Below are positions 57,764 to 64,000 of a stretch of DNA of 64,000 nt, piece after piece. The notes beneath the pieces were generated by a model. That model searched no databases, was not told where the DNA came from, and worked only from the letters and a program-made list of their open reading frames with translations. The stretch is taken from assembly GCA_963725865.1 (NCBI GenBank), contig CAVSAC010000012.1:896001-960000 (forward strand). Direction: 5' to 3'. Numbering within the stretch: the stretch's first letter is position 1; each line of letters opens with the position of its first letter. Source of the DNA: Candidatus Eiseniibacteriota bacterium. Lineage in GTDB: Bacteria; Eisenbacteria; RBG-16-71-46. The position numbers and the translations under genes were made by a program.

Positions 57764-60742
57764 ATGAGCAACTTGCGAGGTCGGACCACACTGGCGACAC
57801 TGGCGCTGATGACGGCGCTCGTCGTCCCCGCCTGGGGTCAGCTCGAAGGCAACGGAAAGGTGGACCCCGACAGCCTCACGATGGAGGCCGTCCAGAAGGC
57901 GATGCCGGAGTACTTCCACGTCGGCGGGAACGGCCGCATCCAGCCCATGGACATCCCCGACGTGATCGGTCCCGGCGCCGTCCTGAATGTCGGCAGCGTC
58001 TACATGAAGGTCACCAACTGGGGCCACTGCGGGAACCTGTTCACCAACCTCTCCTCGGACCCCGCCGGCCAGTGGCCGGGCGCCTCGGCGATCGAGTACC
58101 TGAGCAGCATCCGGTTGGCGGTGGGTGGCGTGAATCCGACCGCGACCGACCCGACCGCGATCCGCCGCGTCTCCTACCTGCTCGAATGGCGACCGCCGTC
58201 GCTGCTGGCCGAGGACAAGATCTATCGCGCGTACGACGGCATCATCAACGGCGCGCGCTACGCTGACGACGACGGCAGCCAGCAGGACCGGCTCGGCTAC
58301 GACCTGATCGACGAGGACTTCCTCGACGGCCACGACAACGACGGTGACGGCAAGGTCGACGAGGACTACGGCGCGCTGGGCCAGCAGATGTACTCCCTGG
58401 TCATGCGCGACGACACGCCGCAGGCGGTCAACGCCACGTTCAACGAGAAGCACGTGCCGCTCGGCCTCGAGTGCCAGCAGTTGGCGTGGGCCTATTCGAT
58501 CCCCGGCTTCACCGATTTCGACGTGATCCAGTACACGATCATCAACCGCAGCGGCCACGAGATCGACAGCCTCGTGGTGGGCTGGCTGGTCGACATGGAC
58601 TGCGGGCCGAGCGCGGTGTCCAACTTCTTCCAGGACGATTTCGACCTGCCGTACTACCCGCACGGCGAGTTCCATCTCCCGCTCGATCCGAACGACCCGC
58701 GCCGCCAGGCCATCCACAATCCCGAGCTGGACGGCCAGACCGGGGTCTCGGCCGGCCTGCCGCTGTGCAAGGAGCTCAAGATCCGCGTCAACGGATTCTC
58801 GATCGCCGACGACGACGGGGACGACAGCCGGACGACCGGCATCCCGTCCTTCCTGCTGATCGATCACACCGTCGATCCGCTGGGCGTGTCGGGGCCGTGG
58901 CGCGTCGGGTTCCGCGCCTTCCGGTCGTTCACGTCGGGCACTCCGTACGTGCAGGGCGGCAATCCGATCATCGACCAGCAGCGCTACGAGTTCATGGTCA
59001 GCAAGGAGAACGTGGACGTCAGCGAGGATCCGAACGACGCCTTCTCGACGAGCGCGCCGACCGGCTGGATCACCTCGGAGCCGGGGGACCAGAAGGGGGA
59101 CTACGTGGCGTGGTGCTCGGTCGGTCCGTGGCGCCACGTGCCGCCCGGCGGCCAGGTGCAGGCGACCGTCGCGTTCGCCGTCACGCGCGGGAAGTACGTC
59201 GACGCGATCCGCTACCGGAGCGACTTCCTCGCGTACCAGGCAGGCGCGCTGACCCGCGATGCGTTCCGCCAGAAGTACCTGGCGCTCGACAACGCCATCT
59301 CGGCGCAGGTCGCGTTCGAGGGGATCTACGAGCAGCGCACTTCGTATCCGCAGACCGACGGTCACGGACGCGAGACCGCCCTCGTGGCGGCGCAGGGCAC
59401 CCCCGGTGGATTCGTCGCCGAGCCCCCATGCGAGAGCCGCGGTGCCGAGAACCCGCGGGTGATCCTCGTCGACGCCACGCGCTACTACTGGTTCGACATG
59501 GACTGTGACTATTGCACCGGCATCTACGACTGGTCCCAGCATCTGGGCATGTTCCACAAGAACTGGAACGCCGAAGCCCCGCCGCCGAACCCCAATACGA
59601 ACATGTCGGTGAGGTACAACTACACGGACAATCCCGAGCGGCTCGTGCCGGTGGCCGGCGACCAGACAGGTCACGGTCGCCTGGGACAACCTCTCCGAGG
59701 CGACTCCCGATCCCAAGAGCACCTGGTTCGACTGCCGGGGCTACAAGCTGTGGAAGGTCTCGGGCTGGACGCGCCCCGTGGGATCACCCGGTCCCAGCGA
59801 TGACGACTGGGCGCTGGTCGGCGAGTTCCGACTGTTCGACTATCGCGATCCCACCACGTACATCCCGATCCAGGACAATCGCTTCGTCCGCGCCGCGGGC
59901 GACACCGTCTGGCCGATGGTGTACATCCCGAGCTGGTACGACTCCACCACCGGCGTACGCGGGGCCCGGCCAACGTCGAGATCCGACTGCGCCGCGGAGA
60001 CCTGTGGGATCGCCAGACGGGGCTGGTCCTGCATCCGTACGACATGCCCTGCCTCCCGGGAACCGAGCCCGGCACCTGCTCGCGGGAGCACGGGACGCTG
60101 GTCGGCACCGGCGACACGCGCAATCCGGGCGTGCCGGACACCGTGACGCGATACCCCGTCGGGCGCTATCGCTACGTCGACACCGAGGTGAAGAACGGAT
60201 TCATGTACTTCTACTCGGTCACCGCGTTCGACTCGACCGGCGATGCGGCCCTCCACACCATGGTCGAGCTGAACGGACGTCGCAGTGCAGTGGAGCCCGA
60301 GGGGGTGACGCCGCAGATCTCGACGCTCACGGGCAAGCACGTGTGGGTGGTTCCGAATCCCTACCGCGGCTACACCCAGCTGGCCCAGCGCCCGTCGACG
60401 TGGGACATGACTCCGAACGCCGCGGACCCCACCGGGACTCACATCGACTTCTTCGGGATGCCGCCCGGACGGTGGACGATCCGGATCTACACGGTCTCGG
60501 GCGATCTGGTGACCACGCTCCGTGAATCCGATGCGGTCAACGAATCGCTGCGGCCGACCATCACCGACGACAGCGGGGTGGGGCGACCGGGCTACAATCG
60601 CCAGCAGGACACCGCCAACGACGGCCAGGCGCGCTGGAACCTGATCTCGAGGAACGGGCAGGACGTCGTGAGTGGAATCTATCTCTTCACCGTCGAGTCG
60701 AGTCAGGGCACCCAACGCGGCAAGTTCGTCATCATCCGCTAG
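57764..60742 (+). CDS. Large secreted protein with Ca-binding DxDxDG motif, Fn3-like region and T9SS-type C-terminal sorting domain (two frameshifts, ~59665 and ~59965)
   Basis: Signal peptide; DNDGDGKVDED; VTVAWDN...GYKLW; YFYSVTAFD; CTD VVPNPY...IRIYTVSGDLV...WNLISRNGQDVVSGIY...GKFVIIR. The three frame segments join into one coherent protein. Confidence 0.75.
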
Positions 60743-60771
60743 GGCGCGATGTGCGAAGGAGGAGGCACACA

Positions 60772-61725
60772 GTGAGAAAGTCCATCGCGGCTCTCTGCCT
60801 GGCCGGGGCGCTGGTCCCGGGGATGGCGTTTGCCGCCAACATCTTCGAAAAGGTCGGCACGTTCGACGGGCAGTTCCTCAAGATCGCCGTGGGCGCGCGC
60901 GCGTCCGCCATGGGCGGCGCGTTCGTGGGCGTGGCGGATGACGCCTCTGCGCTGTTCTGGAACGCCGCCGGGATCGCGCGCATCGATCCCGACAAGTCCG
61001 AGCTGTCGCTCAACCACGCGAACTGGCCCGCCGAGTTGTCGTTCGACCAGATCGGCTACGTGTTCCACGTCAAGCGCATCCCTGGAGCCTTCGGGGTCAG
61101 CGCGCGTGCGCTCACGATGGACCCGATGGTCGAGACCACGGCGTTCCAGCCGGATCCCGTGGTGGGCACGGGGCGGACGTTCGATGCCGGCATGATGGCG
61201 GCGGGCATCACGTACGCGCGCTCGTTCACCGACAAGTTCAGCGCCGGCTTCACGGGCAACTTCATCCACGAAGGACTCGCGGAGTTCTCGCAGCAGTCGT
61301 TCGCGGTGGACGTGGGCACGCTGTACGACGTGGGTGCGGCGGGGATGCGGATCGGAATGTCGATCAACAACATCGGCTCCCAGATCCGCTTCATCGATCG
61401 GGATGGACGCATCCCGTCCATCTTCCGCGTCGGCACGTCGGCGACCCTGATGAAGACCGCCGACCAGCTGCTCACGGGCTCGCTGGAATTCTCGCACCCG
61501 CCGGACAACTCGGAGCGCCTGAACGTGGGAGCCGAGTACGCGTTCCGCAAGTACCTGTTCGTGCGCGGCGGCTACAACATCAACTACGACGCCGAGGGGC
61601 TGGCGGGCGGCGTCGGATTCCACTTCCCGGTCTCGGTGGCCGGACAGGCCGACATGGACTACGCCTACACGGACATGAAGGACCTCGGTGCGGTCCACCG
61701 CTTCTCGCTGAAGTTCCTGTTCTGA
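60772..61725 (+). CDS. PorV/PorQ-like (UPF0164) outer-membrane barrel
   Basis: FLKIAVGARASAMGGAF...FWNAAG; NVGAEY; DYAY; HRFSL; C-terminal Phe; AGGAGG RBS. Confidence 0.88.
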   Translation: MRKSIAALCLAGALVPGMAFAANIFEKVGTFDGQFLKIAVGARASAMGGAFVGVADDASALFWNAAGIARIDPDKSELSLNHANWPAELSFDQIGYVFHVKRIPGAFGVSARALTMDPMVETTAFQPDPVVGTGRTFDAGMMAAGITYARSFTDKFSAGFTGNFIHEGLAEFSQQSFAVDVGTLYDVGAAGMRIGMSINNIGSQIRFIDRDGRIPSIFRVGTSATLMKTADQLLTGSLEFSHPPDNSERLNVGAEYAFRKYLFVRGGYNINYDAEGLAGGVGFHFPVSVAGQADMDYAYTDMKDLGAVHRFSLKFLF

Positions 61726-61744
61726 TCGGAATCTCGTCGTCCCG

Positions 61745-63259
61745 ATGACCCTGACTCGCCTCCTCCTGTCTCGCGTGGCGCGCTCCTCCCTGGGAGCGCG
61801 TTCGCGTTTGGGGATGCTGGCGGTCTCGCTGGCACTGCTCGCCACGGTTCCACGCGATGCGGCCGCCCGCATCGATCGCGGCGAGGCGCCGCTCGAGCTG
61901 CCGTGGCGCACCGGCGGGCGCGTCGGGTTCACGGTCGACGCGGCCTCGTTCCCGGACTCCTCGAGCCTCACGCTCGAGGTCTACGTGCGCATCCCGCCGT
62001 CGACGCTGGCGTCGCTGGCCCGCGACTCGGTCGGCACCGGACGGCTGGCGGTGAGCGTGCAATTGCGGCTGCCGACCGGCGCCCGGTTGCCCGAGAGCCG
62101 GCGCGAACTCGACTTCACGCCCACCGACACCCTCGCGGGCTTCGGCAAGGTCATCGTCATGCGCTACCCGACCCGCCCGGGGACCCACCGCCTCAAGGTC
62201 CGGCTCGAGGACGTCCAGTCGAGCAAGCTGGGGCTCCTGTACTTCGGCCGCAACGCCCACGAGGCCGCCGAGCTCGAAGGCGAGTTCCTGGTGCCCAAGC
62301 CGCAGGCGGACCGGGATCTCTCGGACATCGAGTTCGTGTGGGCCGAGCCCGACACCGGTCTCGGCACGTTCCGGCGCGCGGGGCACACCCTGTTGCCGAA
62401 TCCCGAGCGCCTCTACGGTCTGTACGCGAGCGACCTGCGCGCGTTCTTCGTCGCCCGGAGCCGCGCGGGGGACGAGCGGCCCTGGCACTGGGTGGCGCGC
62501 TTGATCGACGAGGGCGGGGCCGCGGTGGCCGCGCAGGAGAGCACCGGCGCCGCCGGGCGCTGGCTCACCGGCGCGTGCACGTTCGACCTCTCGCCGCACG
62601 CGGCGGGCGGCTACCACCTCGAGCTCAAGGCGTGGCAGGAGGGGGACGCCGTCGCGCTCACCCGGCGTGCCCGCTTCAGCATCGCGTGGCAGCCCACGAC
62701 CTGGTGGCGCAACCCGCGCGAGGTCGAGGACGACGTGCACCTGCTGTTCGACGCGGATGCCGAGGAGCGCTTCGCGCGGCTGCAGCCGGGGGAGCAGGAG
62801 CGCGCGCTCGACGAGTTCTGGAAACGCCGCGATCCGACTCCGGAGACGGCGATGAACGAAGCTCTCGAGACCTTCCACGCCCGCGTCGAGCAGGCGGACC
62901 GTCTCTACTCACGGCGGGGCCTCATGCGCGGGATGTTCAGCGACATGGGGCGCGTGTTCATCCGCTACGGCGAACCGACCGAGGTGAGCCACCAGGTCAT
63001 CCCGGCGGGCGACGAGACGCTGCTCCAGGTGCTGGACGACATCGAGCTCAGCGGCGGTCGACCGACGGGTGACGTCCATCAGAAGGGACTGGGCGGCGAC
63101 CAGCGCTCCTTCGAGGTCTGGACCTACGAGGCGCCGGTGCCGCCGCCGATCGACGCGGACCCCGAGGCCGGCGCCGTGCAGCGCCACAAGCGCCTGCTGT
63201 TCCTGTTCGTGGACGAGCAGGGCCTCGGCGACTTCACCCTCCGCTACACCACCGAGTAG
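61745..63259 (+). CDS. GWxTD domain-containing exported protein
   Basis: FWKRRDPTPET..NE; GMFSDMGRVFIRYGEP; EVWTY; FLFVD..G.GDF. Confidence 0.85.
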   Translation: MTLTRLLLSRVARSSLGARSRLGMLAVSLALLATVPRDAAARIDRGEAPLELPWRTGGRVGFTVDAASFPDSSSLTLEVYVRIPPSTLASLARDSVGTGRLAVSVQLRLPTGARLPESRRELDFTPTDTLAGFGKVIVMRYPTRPGTHRLKVRLEDVQSSKLGLLYFGRNAHEAAELEGEFLVPKPQADRDLSDIEFVWAEPDTGLGTFRRAGHTLLPNPERLYGLYASDLRAFFVARSRAGDERPWHWVARLIDEGGAAVAAQESTGAAGRWLTGACTFDLSPHAAGGYHLELKAWQEGDAVALTRRARFSIAWQPTTWWRNPREVEDDVHLLFDADAEERFARLQPGEQERALDEFWKRRDPTPETAMNEALETFHARVEQADRLYSRRGLMRGMFSDMGRVFIRYGEPTEVSHQVIPAGDETLLQVLDDIELSGGRPTGDVHQKGLGGDQRSFEVWTYEAPVPPPIDADPEAGAVQRHKRLLFLFVDEQGLGDFTLRYTTE

Positions 63260-63282
63260 CCGGCCGCGCGCGGCCGGCTCGC

Positions 63283-63311
63283 TTGACCCTCCGCCGCCCA
63301 TTGGGCATAGT
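63283..63311 (+). promoter_or_regulatory. Putative sigma-70 promoter for pfkA
   Basis: TTGACC-N17-CATAGT. Confidence 0.5.
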
Positions 63312-63384
63312 GCGTCCGAGTCCGCCCACGTAACCTGTTGACGCGCCACTCGTTTGGGGGCCCGCGCGTCGGAGTTCGACCCGC

Positions 63385-64000
63385 ATGAGAATCGGGATCC
63401 TCACCGGGGGAGGCGACTGCCCCGGCTTGAACGCCGTCATCCGCGCGGCCGCGCTGCGCGCGGTCCGGACCTACGACACCTTTCTGCTCGGCTTCGAGAA
63501 CGGGTGGAAGGGCCTGCTCGAGAACCGCTTCCGCGAACTCAGCCTGGCCGCGATCGGCGGCATCCTCCATCGGGGCGGGACCATCCTCGGCACCTCGCGC
63601 ATCGACCCTCTCCGCGAGCCCTATAGCCTCGAGGCGGTCCGCGAGGCGTTCGCGTTCCACGAGCTCGACGGCCTGCTGGTGTGCGGCGGCGATGGCACGC
63701 TGTCGGCCGCGCTGCGCGTGGCCGAGGGAGGCATGCCGATCGTCGGCATCCCGAAGACCATCGACAATGACGTGCCCGGGACCGATTTCTCGTTCGGCTT
63801 CGACACCGCGCTCGGCCACATCGTGAACGCGGTGGACGCGCTGCACAGCACCGCGGAAGCTCACGAGCGCGTCATCGTGCTGGAGGTCATGGGCCGCGCC
63901 ACAGGCTGGCTCGGCGTCTGCGGCGGGATCGCCGGGGGCGCCGACGTGATGATCATCCCCGAGGTGCCGATGAGCGTCGCGGAGGTGTGCACCTTCATCA
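63385..64000 (+). CDS. pfkA: 6-phosphofructokinase (3' partial, probably ATP-dependent)
   Basis: MRIGILTGGGDCPGLN, GGTILGTSR, GGDGT, PKTIDND and EVMGR; runs off the window and is absent from the ORF track. Confidence 0.95.
   Translation, partial: MRIGILTGGGDCPGLNAVIRAAALRAVRTYDTFLLGFENGWKGLLENRFRELSLAAIGGILHRGGTILGTSRIDPLREPYSLEAVREAFAFHELDGLLVCGGDGTLSAALRVAEGGMPIVGIPKTIDNDVPGTDFSFGFDTALGHIVNAVDALHSTAEAHERVIVLEVMGRATGWLGVCGGIAGGADVMIIPEVPMSVAEVCTFI

Overview
A 64-kb, very GC-rich (roughly 70-75% by eye) chromosomal window from a diderm bacterium. BamD, a TonB-dependent receptor, a PorV-like barrel and FlgD/T9SS-type C-terminal domains suggest an FCB-related lineage such as Ca. Eisenbacteria (inference only). 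Housekeeping content: a mannose-family PTS operon with HPr, EI and PGI/PMI; ahcY; a membrane pyrophosphatase; an acyl-CoA dehydrogenase; a ftsK-rimO-hyp-bamD-nadD-MTase-polA-coaE-prfB-mpg run; and a partial pfkA. Two candidate systems stand out. (1) A sigma-54 module at 11.2-19.0 kb (minus strand): a ~1,690-aa Ser/Thr kinase-AAA/TPR-GAF-sigma54 activator, then three 16-bp dyad repeats and a -24/-12 promoter, then a coupled operon of a small secreted protein, a catalytically degenerate stand-alone sigma54 AAA domain and a pseudo-receiver-PAS histidine kinase. (2) An envelope cluster at 52.9-63.3 kb: OM barrel, TonB-dependent receptor, T9SS-CTD protein, PorV-like protein and GWxTD protein. Also present: two secreted M16 peptidase pairs, a VapBC pair whose PIN toxin has lost most catalytic residues, a 5'-truncated IS5 whose right end seems to supply the start codon of a TolB-like lipoprotein, several leaderless-type promoters, the canonical prfB +1 frameshift, and probable sequencing indels in ftsK, polA and the CTD gene. 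No rRNA, tRNA or CRISPR array was seen. All calls are by eye, with no database searches.
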